37,143 nt of DNA, taken from positions 1 to 37,143 of the forward strand of contig JANNWY010000210.1 in assembly GCA_031409335.1 (NCBI GenBank), read 5' to 3'. Position 1 is the stretch's first letter, and each line of letters begins with the position of its first letter. The translations under genes were made by a program, and so were the position numbers. This document shows, one piece after another, positions 21,027 to 28,450 of the stretch. The stretch is from Chthoniobacteraceae bacterium. GTDB taxonomy: Bacteria; Verrucomicrobiota; Verrucomicrobiia; Chthoniobacterales; Chthoniobacteraceae. The notes under the pieces are model-generated. The model saw only the letters and a program-made list of their open reading frames with translations, was not told the DNA's origin and ran no database searches.

Positions 21027-21169
21027 TCCCCCAAGGTTGTCGGCAGGGCGCTAGCCCGCAACTCCCGACTTCGCGTGCTTTGGTTCAAGTCGGAGTGGTT
21101 AATGGAGACTGACCCGATAGCCGGATGGAAAGCGCGCGAAGTCGGGCGTTGCCCGACAACCTTGGGGGA
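21027..21169. repeat. Long imperfect inverted repeat (~143 nt fold-back)
   Basis: 21027-21043 pairs perfectly with 21153-21169 (17 bp); 21058-21081 pairs with 21129-21152 (22/24); small side hairpin GGGC-GCTA-GCCC. Confidence 0.85.
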
Positions 21170-21284
21170 GCAAGTTATCGCGTCGTTGAGCCGCGAAATC
21201 GTTGTGCCGATGGCGCGCGCCCCTACATACCATGTTTGTAGGGGGAATCAGTTTGGGAACTGGCCGGATCGCGGACAGAATCCG

Positions 21285-21545
21285 TCACGGTTTGTTGGTG
21301 CCGTTGGCTACTTTGGTTGCGCGCTGAATCATCGCGCCGAGATCAATGTCGAGCGCCTCGGCGATACGAAGCAGTGTGTCCAAAGTCGGCTTGCGCATTT
21401 CTCTTTCGACGAAGGAAATCATCGTCAATGAGAGTCCCGCTTTTTGCGCGAGCATGTTCATGGACATGCCGAGCTTCACCCGGCGCTCTCGCAAAGCGGC
21501 AATGAGAGAGGAACTGATGCGTTCGCGCTGCGGACGTTTGGACAC
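21285..21545 (-). CDS. XRE-family HTH transcriptional regulator
   Basis: LRERRVKLGMSMNMLAQKAGLSLTMISFVEREMRKPTLDTLLRIAEALDI is a classic HTH_3; GTG start. Confidence 0.9.
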   Translation of the reverse strand: MSKRPQRERISSSLIAALRERRVKLGMSMNMLAQKAGLSLTMISFVEREMRKPTLDTLLRIAEALDIDLGAMIQRATKVANGTNKP

Positions 21546-21604
21546 GGGCGAAAAATAGGCGGCGCTGCGCTTGACAGACGATGCAACTATAGTAAATGCA
21601 ATGC

Positions 21605-21847
21605 ATGTTTATTCGACGCCTCGGTCCTGACCCTCATGCCAACGGAGCGCAGACTTCTTCGCTTCACGGCTGCCCTGACATCCTCGAACTCGAAGACGGC
21701 GATTTCGCCGTCATCGGGGTGGACATCACGAATGCCGCCATCGGCAGCCTCCGCTTCGGAGCGGGCTGCGGCCCGGATGAGCGGATCATCAAGATTCCCC
21801 GCAAGACGCTGGTGCTCGCGAAGGCGGACATCCCGGAGTCGGTCTAG
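21605..21847 (+). CDS. Small conserved-looking hypothetical protein (80 aa)
   Basis: MFIRRLG...GCPDILELEDGDFAVIG.DIT...DERII.IPRKTLV.AKADIP; divergent from the XRE gene, TTGACA at 21571-21576. Confidence 0.75.
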   Translation: MFIRRLGPDPHANGAQTSSLHGCPDILELEDGDFAVIGVDITNAAIGSLRFGAGCGPDERIIKIPRKTLVLAKADIPESV

Positions 21848-21867
21848 GCCGAATCCGTGGTGTGCGG

Positions 21868-21873
21868 TATAAT
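21868..21873 (+). promoter_or_regulatory. Perfect -10 box, probably driving a leaderless transcript
   Basis: TATAAT 6 nt before ATG 21880; no Shine-Dalgarno. Confidence 0.55.
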
Positions 21874-21879
21874 TCGGGC

Positions 21880-22353
21880 ATGGGAATGCTCGGATGGATC
21901 GCAGTGCATTGGTTCGATTTATTGCAGACGACGGGAATCCTCGTCGGCCTTTTCGCCACGGCACACACGATTCGCGCGGACACCAAGGAGCGAAGAATCG
22001 GGAATCTGTTCGCCCTCACCAAGGCGCACCGCGAAATCTGGTCGCGGCTTTATGATCGCGAGGAACTCGGGCGGGTGCTGGCGCCGGTGGTGGACTTCTC
22101 GCTGGAGCCGACGACACCGGAGGAGGAGTTGTTCGTTCACTCGCTGATTCTGCACCTGCGGACGGCGTTCAAGGCGCGCGACCTCGGGATGCAATTCGAC
22201 GATGATGCGGTGGAGGCGGACATTCGGCAGTTTTTCAGCCGTCCGATTCCACGTGCGGTGTGGGAGCAGACGAAAGCGTTTCAAGACCGCCGGTTCATCG
22301 ATTTCGTCGATCGCGCTTTGGCGTCCGGCAATGAATTTGAAGCGGCTGCATGA
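21880..22353 (+). CDS. Hypothetical protein with N-terminal membrane anchor and helical C-domain
   Basis: MGMLGWIAVHWFDLLQTTGILVGLFATA hydrophobic segment; ends at a bidirectional terminator. Confidence 0.8.
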   Translation: MGMLGWIAVHWFDLLQTTGILVGLFATAHTIRADTKERRIGNLFALTKAHREIWSRLYDREELGRVLAPVVDFSLEPTTPEEELFVHSLILHLRTAFKARDLGMQFDDDAVEADIRQFFSRPIPRAVWEQTKAFQDRRFIDFVDRALASGNEFEAAA

Positions 22354-22362
22354 TCCCGTGAC

Positions 22363-22404
22363 AAAAAGAAAGGGCTGCCTCCGTGATGGAAGCAGCCCTG
22401 TTTT
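22363..22404. terminator. Bidirectional intrinsic terminator between convergent genes
   Basis: AAAAAGAA-AGGGCTGC..GCAGCCCT-GTTTT: GC stem with A-tract on the left and T-tract on the right. Confidence 0.75.
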
Positions 22405-22718
22405 CAATACTCGTCCGGCAGCAAGCAGGTCGTCGCCGAGCCGTCATTTTCTGTGATGATGTAGAACTTCACGCCGGCCTTGGTGTGATAGACGGACATC
22501 AGTCGGCAGCCGTCGAGCAAGCTGCGTTCGTTTTCCAGTCGGTCGTGTTCGCAGAGGTCGCCCCAGTCGCCGTGATGATGGCGGGAAAGAGCGGTCTGCA
22601 ATTCGTCGTTGGGCACGGCAGCGATTGCGCCGGGCGTGGCGACGATGCGGCCGAGTGGGAATTTTCCCGCAGTTGGCGTTGGTGCGCCCGCGGGTTCGTC
22701 GGTGATGTGATGGATCAT
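22404..22718 (-). CDS. Plasmid/ICE-associated small hypothetical protein
   Basis: FPLGRIVATPGA...LSRHHHGDWGDLCEHD...N..SL..G.RLMSVY...FYIITE.DGSATTCLLPDEY is a pattern typical of mobile-element 'plasmid-related' proteins. Confidence 0.8.
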   Translation of the reverse strand: MIHHITDEPAGAPTPTAGKFPLGRIVATPGAIAAVPNDELQTALSRHHHGDWGDLCEHDRLENERSLLDGCRLMSVYHTKAGVKFYIITENDGSATTCLLPDEY

Positions 22719-22834
22719 TTTGTGATGTGCGTTGGAGCCGCGCTGGCCGGTGGCCGGATGGCCTTCCGTGATAACCAGTGCGGTTCATTCCGCGCACCAC
22801 TTCCCTGCCCCGGCGGGGAACTGTGCGTGAGTGA

Positions 22835-22863
22835 AAGGCCGGATGGGGTTTCCATCCGGCCTT
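22835..22863 (-). terminator. Hairpin terminator after the ardC operon
   Basis: AAGGCCGGATGG-GGTTT-CCATCCGGCCTT, perfect 12-bp stem, short T-run on the minus strand. Confidence 0.6.
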
Positions 22864-22896
22864 GGTATTCAAAGAACGATTCAACTTGTCCGGGCC

Positions 22897-23226
22897 TCAG
22901 AGTCCGTAGTCCTCGTAGGTCGCTGCGAGGCCGTCTTCGTCACCTGCAAGCAGGTCTTCGATGGCGGCTTTGATCTGCAACTTTTCGGTGTCCGGCTGCG
23001 CGTCTTTGGGACACGCGGGACAACGAATCACATTGATGACAGTTCGTCCGAAGACGTAGCCGGCGGCTTTGAACTCTTCGCGCCACTTCGGCGTGAGCTT
23101 TTCGTTTTGCGGGAGCTTTTCCCATTCGCGGATTTCTCCTTCCGAGAGACCTGTATCCCAAATGGCATCATGCCAGAGGTGATACGTGTCCCACGGTTCG
23201 CCGCAGGTTGAGCAATGGACATCCAT
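22897..23226 (-). CDS. Hypothetical protein with CxxC...CxxC (putative Zn-binding)
   Basis: HCSTCGEPWD...RCPAC, acidic C-terminus; starts 3 nt after the ardC stop. Confidence 0.75.
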   Translation of the reverse strand: MDVHCSTCGEPWDTYHLWHDAIWDTGLSEGEIREWEKLPQNEKLTPKWREEFKAAGYVFGRTVINVIRCPACPKDAQPDTEKLQIKAAIEDLLAGDEDGLAATYEDYGL

Positions 23227-23229
23227 GGC

Positions 23230-24177
23230 TCAAGCGGCAGCGGGCAGAGGCTCCGCCTGTGCGGGTTCTTGCGCAACGGGTGGCGGCGCGATGTCGTCCG
23301 GGATTCTGCCGAGGATGAAGTCGGCAGCACGTCCGGCCTGATTCGCCGCGAGGACGATCCAGCGCCGGTGATCCGGTTCCTTGAGTTCATCGAGCCACCC
23401 TTTCAAATAAGCGGCGGACTGCTCATGCTGGTCGCGCACGATTCCGACTTCCATGCCGAGAAAGGCTGCACCCATTTCGGCGACGAGTTCTTCCTGGGAA
23501 TAGACTTTCCCGCCGAAGCCGTCGCTTTCCTTGATGCCTTTGCGCGCGAGACGCGTCTCATGGCCACTGGCATGGATCAGCTCATGAAAAAGCGTGAGAT
23601 GAAAATCCTCCGGCGTGGTGAACCGCGCGAACGCGGGCATTTCGATGGTGTCGCTGCTGGGCCGATAGAACGCTCGCGTTCCGCCGCCTTCCCGAATGAT
23701 CGGTGGCTGCGGCATGTCGCGGACGATCTGCTCGGCGCGCGCGATGCGTCGGGCGGGATCAAGTTGCGGCCCCTTTTCGGCGGTCGGAAACTCGATGCCC
23801 TCGATCTGCGTGGCATTGAAGACCTTGTAGCTCTTGAGAAAGAACGTCTTCTTCTTTTCCTCGGTGCCGTCGCCGTTCTTTACAGTCTTGTCGTGGCGGC
23901 CCCATTTCATGACGAGCGAACCGTGCTCGCCTTTGCGAACCATGCCGCCGCGTTCCTGCACCTGGCGGAAAGTCATCCACCAAGGTGAAGCGAATTGCAG
24001 CAGGCCAAGCAGCAGGACGTTGACGCCCCGATACTCATGCCCCGAGTGGAAGTTGCGCGGGCGGCCCGTGGAACGATTCCACGGACAGCGCCACGGCACG
24101 ACTCCGTGATCGAGGTGCGCGAGGATGAGGTCGGTGACGAGTTGATAAGGATCGGTGCGAGCCGTTTGATGACTCAT
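23230..24177 (-). CDS. ardC: ArdC-family ssDNA-binding antirestriction protein (DUF1738 + zincin-like domain)
   Basis: VPWRCPW..PRN..SG..YRGVN.LLL...WMTFRQ...GG.VRKGEHG; AFYRPSSD.I.MP; HELIHASGH..RL.R; YSQEELVAEMGAAFL; AAAGGAG SD before ATG 24177. Confidence 0.92.
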   Translation of the reverse strand: MSHQTARTDPYQLVTDLILAHLDHGVVPWRCPWNRSTGRPRNFHSGHEYRGVNVLLLGLLQFASPWWMTFRQVQERGGMVRKGEHGSLVMKWGRHDKTVKNGDGTEEKKKTFFLKSYKVFNATQIEGIEFPTAEKGPQLDPARRIARAEQIVRDMPQPPIIREGGGTRAFYRPSSDTIEMPAFARFTTPEDFHLTLFHELIHASGHETRLARKGIKESDGFGGKVYSQEELVAEMGAAFLGMEVGIVRDQHEQSAAYLKGWLDELKEPDHRRWIVLAANQAGRAADFILGRIPDDIAPPPVAQEPAQAEPLPAAA

Positions 24178-24319
24178 GGTGTGATGCTCCTTTCGGTTTG
24201 TGTTTGGCCGAAGCGAACGCTTCAGCCGTGGGTTGCGAGGTGAAGCCAACCTCCGCACTCCTGTGCGCGAGACGGACTTCAGCCCGGCAACCGGGAGCAT
24301 CTCCAACAATCTGGTCAGC

Positions 24320-24348
24320 ATCCTATCATGGCTGGTGGGATTGTACAA
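24320..24348 (-). promoter_or_regulatory. Sigma70-type promoter for ardC
   Basis: Minus strand TTGTAC-17 nt-TAGGAT, with extended -10 TGn. Confidence 0.6.
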
Positions 24349-24363
24349 GTCCCCAACAGGCCG

Positions 24364-25206
24364 TTACGCCGCGCCCATGAATTCGCCACTCTCCAGTTTT
24401 TCGAGTAACGATTCGACTGCGGCTTTCATGCAGTTCTGCGCGTCGCTTCCCGCAGGACCCACAACGCTCGCGGTATATCCGTCCACACTTACCGACGCGC
24501 GTGCGGTTTTGTTGCGTCGCGCGCTTTTGTCATCCTTCAGCTCACCGATGTGGCGTCGGAGTTCGGTGTTGCTCGTTCCGCTGAGGACTAGCTCGGTCAG
24601 CCGCTTTTGCTCGGACGCGTCGGTGATTCGCGCGATCCGAATGATGGTATCGTAAGGCACCGCAATCTCCGAATGTCGGAGCTTGGTTTGCAGCGCGATG
24701 GGTATGGAAAGCACGCGCAACATATCGCTGACCCATGCCTCCCGTTTGCCCAGCACTCGCGCGAGTTCGCGCTGGCTGTTGATCTGATTGTCCTCATCCA
24801 GCATCGCCTGCAAAGCCTCCGCCAAATCCACCGCGCCAAGGTCTTCGCGCTGCACATTGGAAATGAGACTCTTTCGGCGGCGCAGTAGTTCATCCTCGGC
24901 TTCGCGAATGAGCACCTCCACATCCCGCAATCCGGCGAGTTTCGCCGCGCGGGCACGACGGTGTCCGGTCAGGATGCGATACCTTTCGCCCTCCAGCGTC
25001 ACGGTGATGGGTTCCACCAAACCCACAGCTTTAATGGAAGCCACCAATCCATCCATGTTACGAAAAGTCTTTCGCTCGTTGTGCGGGTCTTCGATGAGGC
25101 GATCCAAACTCACGATGAACCGCCCGCGCTTACTGAGTCCGCTTGCCAATCCCTCCTTCACCAGTTCCAGCCGACTCTTGCCGGCCTCTCTCCTGAATAA
25201 TGCCAT
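24364..25206 (-). CDS. parB: ParB/RepB/Spo0J-family partition protein
   Basis: [16 protein letters not shown]...[13 protein letters not shown] (CTPase GxRR box), [28 protein letters not shown]. Confidence 0.93.
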   Translation of the reverse strand: MALFRREAGKSRLELVKEGLASGLSKRGRFIVSLDRLIEDPHNERKTFRNMDGLVASIKAVGLVEPITVTLEGERYRILTGHRRARAAKLAGLRDVEVLIREAEDELLRRRKSLISNVQREDLGAVDLAEALQAMLDEDNQINSQRELARVLGKREAWVSDMLRVLSIPIALQTKLRHSEIAVPYDTIIRIARITDASEQKRLTELVLSGTSNTELRRHIGELKDDKSARRNKTARASVSVDGYTASVVGPAGSDAQNCMKAAVESLLEKLESGEFMGAA

Positions 25207-25969
25207 CGTTGTTTTCGTTAGCTGATAATGTCGCCATCACTTCCGCCACCAGCGCGCTGATGTCCGCGGCTCCACGCGAGAGTGGTCGCCAATGGAAGAT
25301 GCTGCCCCCGTATTCATCCACTTGCGCCAGCCAGCCACAGGAGCGGATCTCCGTATGCGCGGGCGTCAAACCATCCGCCTCCAGCAATTCCACGACGCGG
25401 CGGCGCAGTCCAGGCAGCCGGGTTAGATTGCAAAGCACATGGAGAACTCGGTAGTCGCCCGCACTGCGATGCTGAAGCAACAGCTTGTAAACGCTGGCGA
25501 AACTTTTGACGGCCTTGGTGCTCTCAAACGGGACGATGAAAAGATCGGCCGGGTAGATCGCATTTTCCATGATCGGCGAGATTTGGTTCGGGCTGTCGAT
25601 TACCGCGAAGTCGTAATCTTCGCGCACCGTGGCGAGTTGCTGGGCGAGCAGAAAGGCATAGCTCTCACGGTCGGTGATCTGGCGGCCCAATTCCTCCAAG
25701 CTGTCGGCGCTGGCCGCGAAGTGGAGATTGGCGATGTGGGATGGTCGCACGATCTCGGAGAGCATTTGATCGCCGTTGAAAACGGCAGCCAGGGTGGCCG
25801 ATACATTGAAACCATCACCAGCATGAAGCCACTGCGTCACCTGTGCCTGCGGATCGAGATCGAGTAGCAGCACGCGGAACCCGCGCAGGCTCAGTCCTGC
25901 GGCGAGGTTCATGGCGATGGTGCTCTTGCCGCACCCGCCCTTGGCATTGATGACGGTGATCACGCGCAT
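25130..25969 (-). CDS. parA: ParA/Soj-family ATPase
   Basis: Deviant Walker [26 protein letters not shown]; overlaps the rep stop and the parB start. Confidence 0.95.
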   Translation of the reverse strand: MRVITVINAKGGCGKSTIAMNLAAGLSLRGFRVLLLDLDPQAQVTQWLHAGDGFNVSATLAAVFNGDQMLSEIVRPSHIANLHFAASADSLEELGRQITDRESYAFLLAQQLATVREDYDFAVIDSPNQISPIMENAIYPADLFIVPFESTKAVKSFASVYKLLLQHRSAGDYRVLHVLCNLTRLPGLRRRVVELLEADGLTPAHTEIRSCGWLAQVDEYGGSIFHWRPLSRGAADISALVAEVMATLSANENNDGIIQERGRQESAGTGEGGIGKRTQ

Positions 25970-27669
25970 GGTTGAAAAGGTTCGGTGTTAAACTCCGCAT
26001 CCCACGGCCAGAAGTCCGGGAGTTGGAAATGACGCTGGAAAGCGAGCAAGCGCAGACGCTCCGGATCGCCCACGGTCGGCAGCCATCGGGAGTTCTGGTG
26101 CTGAGCAAGAAAGCTGGCGTATTCATCCGCACGTTCCTCGCGGCAGGTCGTCTCGGTCTCGCTCAAAAAGCGAAACCATGCTGGCTCGTGCTTGGTCCGG
26201 TGAGCGGCACGAAAGGCTTCCTGAGCTTCTTCGCGCAACTTCCGTTGAGTTCGACAAAAGCGCAGCAGCCACGCATCGCCGTGCGTGCGCAGCACCAGCA
26301 CGAGCGAGTTCACATCCCGCGCGCTCCTGCGCTCGTCGGCGTACGCCGCAAATTCGCGAGCCCACGCGATCACGTCGGTCTTAACCGGCTTCGTCGCGAG
26401 CAACCGCTCGACGAATTGTCCGGCCAGTTCGGTGTCCCTCGCGGATGGTTCGGCAACCGGCAGACCGGAATTGCCCGCCAGCCCCGCGTAGAAATGCTGC
26501 GCGAACTCCCGGCCTGCAGAAACTTCGGCATGCCGAAGTTCTTCCGGTGCCGGCCAGCCTTCCTCGATTGCCCGGCGCAACATGCCAAGCCGGTTGCGAC
26601 TCGGTGCCCTGCGCGGCAGCCACGCGATTTGCGCCCGGATTTGTTCCTCCGAGAATTGCCCCGCCAGAATCTTCGCCGCCTTCTCCGTGAACCCTTCCCG
26701 TTTCAAAAGAGCAAATGCGTTTGCGACAACCGCATCGGCCTGCGGCTGTTTACAAATTTCGTTTTCTTGTTTCGTTTCTATGTCGGTGGGGTTTTCGGAC
26801 TGGTTCACCGGTGGGTTTTTCGAACCGGTGCCGGTAGGGTTTTCATACTGGTAAGGCTCGATTTGAGCCGGTGGGGTTTTCAAACCGGTCAGGAACGGAG
26901 ACGCATCCGCCCAACGCAAAGTGAACCGTCCCGGTCGGCTCTCCCGTCCCGCATTGGGATCGAAGTAACCCTGCTCAATGCGGAAGATATAGTGACGATC
27001 CTCCGCGCGCCTTAGAGCATCGGCCAGCGTTTGCCGGTCGCGCAGATGGGTGTAGCGCTGGATGTCGGAGTAGGAGAGACGCACCTCCTGCCGGCGTCCT
27101 CCGTGCCGGGCCTGAAAACCGATCGAAAAGCGAATGACCGAAGCGACGACCTTGATGACCGAAAGCGGTTCGGTCGGAACCACATGATCAAAGAACTGGT
27201 TCGGGATGTCGGTGCGATTGCCCTGACCTTCAAAGAAGCCGCGAAACGCTTTCGGGTCTTTGATGTATTCCGGGCGCGAGTCCCAGCGAAGTTGATACGA
27301 GGCGCTTTCGGCAGGGGAGTAGGCGCGGGATGCCTGCCCCTCGTGAACGCACTCGATAAAGCCACCCTCCAACGCCGCGTCCAGAGTCTTTCGAATTTCG
27401 CTGCGAGCGATCCCGGCCCGGCTCACGAGTTCGCCGTAGGAGACTCTGATGCGTTCATGCCGGGGATTGCCTTCCGCATCGCACCAGCCGAGCGCTTGTC
27501 GGATGAGGAACGCGACCAAGCGGACAACGCCACGGGAGTAGTTCGGCACACACACGTCAAAGAATTGATTGGGCGTGAACGTCGAATTGCTCGTCGGTGC
27601 CGCAAAACCGGGGAACGCGTTCACGGCAGAGTGGGGGCGGGCTTTTTGTTGAGGGGAGACGCGGCGCAT
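25960..27669 (-). CDS. Putative replication initiator with two tandem lambda-O-like winged-helix domains
   Basis: Duplicated T..PNQFFD..VP...V..V...IR...G......V.SY motif; internal iterons; helical QIAWL...[14 protein letters not shown] segment; directly upstream of parA-parB. Confidence 0.75.
   Translation of the reverse strand: MRRVSPQQKARPHSAVNAFPGFAAPTSNSTFTPNQFFDVCVPNYSRGVVRLVAFLIRQALGWCDAEGNPRHERIRVSYGELVSRAGIARSEIRKTLDAALEGGFIECVHEGQASRAYSPAESASYQLRWDSRPEYIKDPKAFRGFFEGQGNRTDIPNQFFDHVVPTEPLSVIKVVASVIRFSIGFQARHGGRRQEVRLSYSDIQRYTHLRDRQTLADALRRAEDRHYIFRIEQGYFDPNAGRESRPGRFTLRWADASPFLTGLKTPPAQIEPYQYENPTGTGSKNPPVNQSENPTDIETKQENEICKQPQADAVVANAFALLKREGFTEKAAKILAGQFSEEQIRAQIAWLPRRAPSRNRLGMLRRAIEEGWPAPEELRHAEVSAGREFAQHFYAGLAGNSGLPVAEPSARDTELAGQFVERLLATKPVKTDVIAWAREFAAYADERRSARDVNSLVLVLRTHGDAWLLRFCRTQRKLREEAQEAFRAAHRTKHEPAWFRFLSETETTCREERADEYASFLAQHQNSRWLPTVGDPERLRLLAFQRHFQLPDFWPWDAEFNTEPFQPCA
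26521..26540. promoter_or_regulatory. Perfect 20-bp palindrome, copy 1 (candidate parS/operator), inside rep
   Basis: AACTTCGGCATGCCGAAGTT; identical copy at 27941-27960. Confidence 0.65.
26783..26889. repeat. Four 22-bp direct repeats (iterons; putative origin) inside rep
   Basis: 26783-26804, 26808-26829, 26831-26852 and 26868-26889; consensus CCGGTGGGGTTTTCnnACYGGT; T-rich tract at ~26748-26781. Confidence 0.8.
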
Positions 27670-27673
27670 AAAG

Positions 27674-27880
27674 TTAGATCGAGATAATCTGCAACGGCGG
27701 CGGGAGCTTCCCGCGGTGGCGAAATGCGTGTTCCGAAACGATGGCGTTGATCAGAAACGTCCGGTCCCGCTGCATCTGCTCCGCGAGCAACGCCAAATAC
27801 TGCGCCACCTCCGGCTCCATTTTGATGCTCGTCTGTGGACGTGACATTTTCCGACCTTTTTTCTCCTTCCTCCTTTCCAT
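27674..27880 (-). CDS. Ribbon-helix-helix (CopG-like) small regulator
   Basis: QTSIKMEPEVAQYLALLAEQMQRDRTFLINAIVSEH fits the beta-helix-helix pattern; first gene of the rep operon; alternative start 27847. Confidence 0.65.
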   Translation of the reverse strand: MERRKEKKGRKMSRPQTSIKMEPEVAQYLALLAEQMQRDRTFLINAIVSEHAFRHRGKLPPPLQIISI

Positions 27881-27887
27881 GCTCCCC

Positions 27888-27896
27888 AGTGTATCA
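27888..27896 (-). promoter_or_regulatory. Extended -10 promoter of the RHH-rep-parAB operon
   Basis: Minus strand TGA-TACACT, 7 nt before ATG 27880. Confidence 0.45.
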
Positions 27897-27925
27897 CACC
27901 AGATTCCGGCGGGATACAGGCCGGG

Positions 27926-27934
27926 TGTGGATAA
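27926..27934 (-). promoter_or_regulatory. DnaA box
   Basis: TGTGGATAA = perfect TTATCCACA on the minus strand, next to the palindrome. Confidence 0.6.
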
Positions 27935-27938
27935 CTCG

Positions 27939-27962
27939 AAAACTTCGGCATGCCGAAGTTTT
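27939..27962. promoter_or_regulatory. Perfect 24-bp palindrome, copy 2 (candidate parS/operator)
   Basis: AAAACTTCGGCATGCCGAAGTTTT, intergenic, upstream of the rep operon. Confidence 0.7.
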
Positions 27963-27967
27963 TTCGT

Positions 27968-28219
27968 TTACGCGCTATGGCGGGGCGATCCCGTCTCTGG
28001 ATCAAATCCGAGCCATTGAACCAGCCTAGCGCGGCTGGACTTCCTTGGAATCGCGCGCCCATTCTCCCACTCTGAAATTGTCCACATGCACCGCCCGATG
28101 GCCTGAGAAAACTCCCGAAGATTCATCCGAAGCGCAATCCTTCGAGCACGAACCGCTTCAATGATCGTCGTCGGGGCATAGTGGCCGTGCAAAGCGGCCA
28201 TGTGATAGTGACAATTCAT
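27968..28219 (-). CDS. XRE-family HTH protein
   Basis: VRARRIALRMNLREFSQAIGRCMWTISEWENGRAIP...LVQWLGFDP; GGGAGAG before ATG 28219 (alternative 28201). Confidence 0.75.
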   Translation of the reverse strand: MNCHYHMAALHGHYAPTTIIEAVRARRIALRMNLREFSQAIGRCMWTISEWENGRAIPRKSSRARLVQWLGFDPETGSPRHSA

Positions 28220-28282
28220 CAAGACTCTCCCTTTCAGGGAGATGTGACGCTCAACGCGCCATGAACAAATTCCCAACATAGC

Positions 28283-28450
28283 CCCAGGGTTGCGAGGCAC
28301 GAGCTACCCTGGGTGCCCCGGCAAAAAGCGGTATAAACCCTGAAGGGGTTTCACCCTTCGGCGCGAGCGACACGATGGATTCAACCCGTTCAGGGTTAGA
28401 TCGCATTTTCAATCCAGGTCCCAGGGTAGCGCGCGGCGCGCAACCCTGGG
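28283..28450. repeat. REP-like nested palindromic element
   Basis: CCCAGGGTTGCG..GCTACCCTGGG (28283-28313) and its inverted copy (28420-28450) flank AACCCTGAAGGGGTT (28336-28350) and AACCCGTTCAGGGTT (28383-28397). Confidence 0.8.

Larger units (their letters stand above)
21285..28250. mobile_element. Plasmid-like replication/partition/leading-region block (integrated plasmid, ICE part or secondary-replicon origin); boundaries approximate
   Basis: Co-located rep, iterons, parA, parB, ardC and plasmid-type hypotheticals; no integrase or relaxase in the window. Confidence 0.7.

Noticed and set aside
21082..21113. tRNA gene or tRNA-derived att site
   Set aside because: Only short loop-like motifs; no cloverleaf, anticodon arm or second copy.
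20829..21431. 200-aa plus-strand ORF
   Set aside because: TTG start, no recognisable motif, runs through the long hairpin and is antisense to the XRE gene.
24178..24348. 57-aa N-terminal extension of ArdC in the ORF track
   Set aside because: It overlaps the promoter and leader; the strong SD and family similarity begin at ATG 24177.
26783..26889. Direct repeats as a mini CRISPR array
   Set aside because: Gaps are only 1-15 nt, the repeats lie inside a CDS, and there are no cas genes.
25960..27669. Prophage replication module
   Set aside because: No helicase loader, structural, lysis or integrase genes nearby; the parAB/ardC context is plasmid-like, though a phage-plasmid origin cannot be excluded.
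20261..28270. TGAACAAAT at 20261 and 28262 as attL/attR or target duplication
   Set aside because: A 9-bp match is expected by chance, and there is no integrase or transposase to support it.
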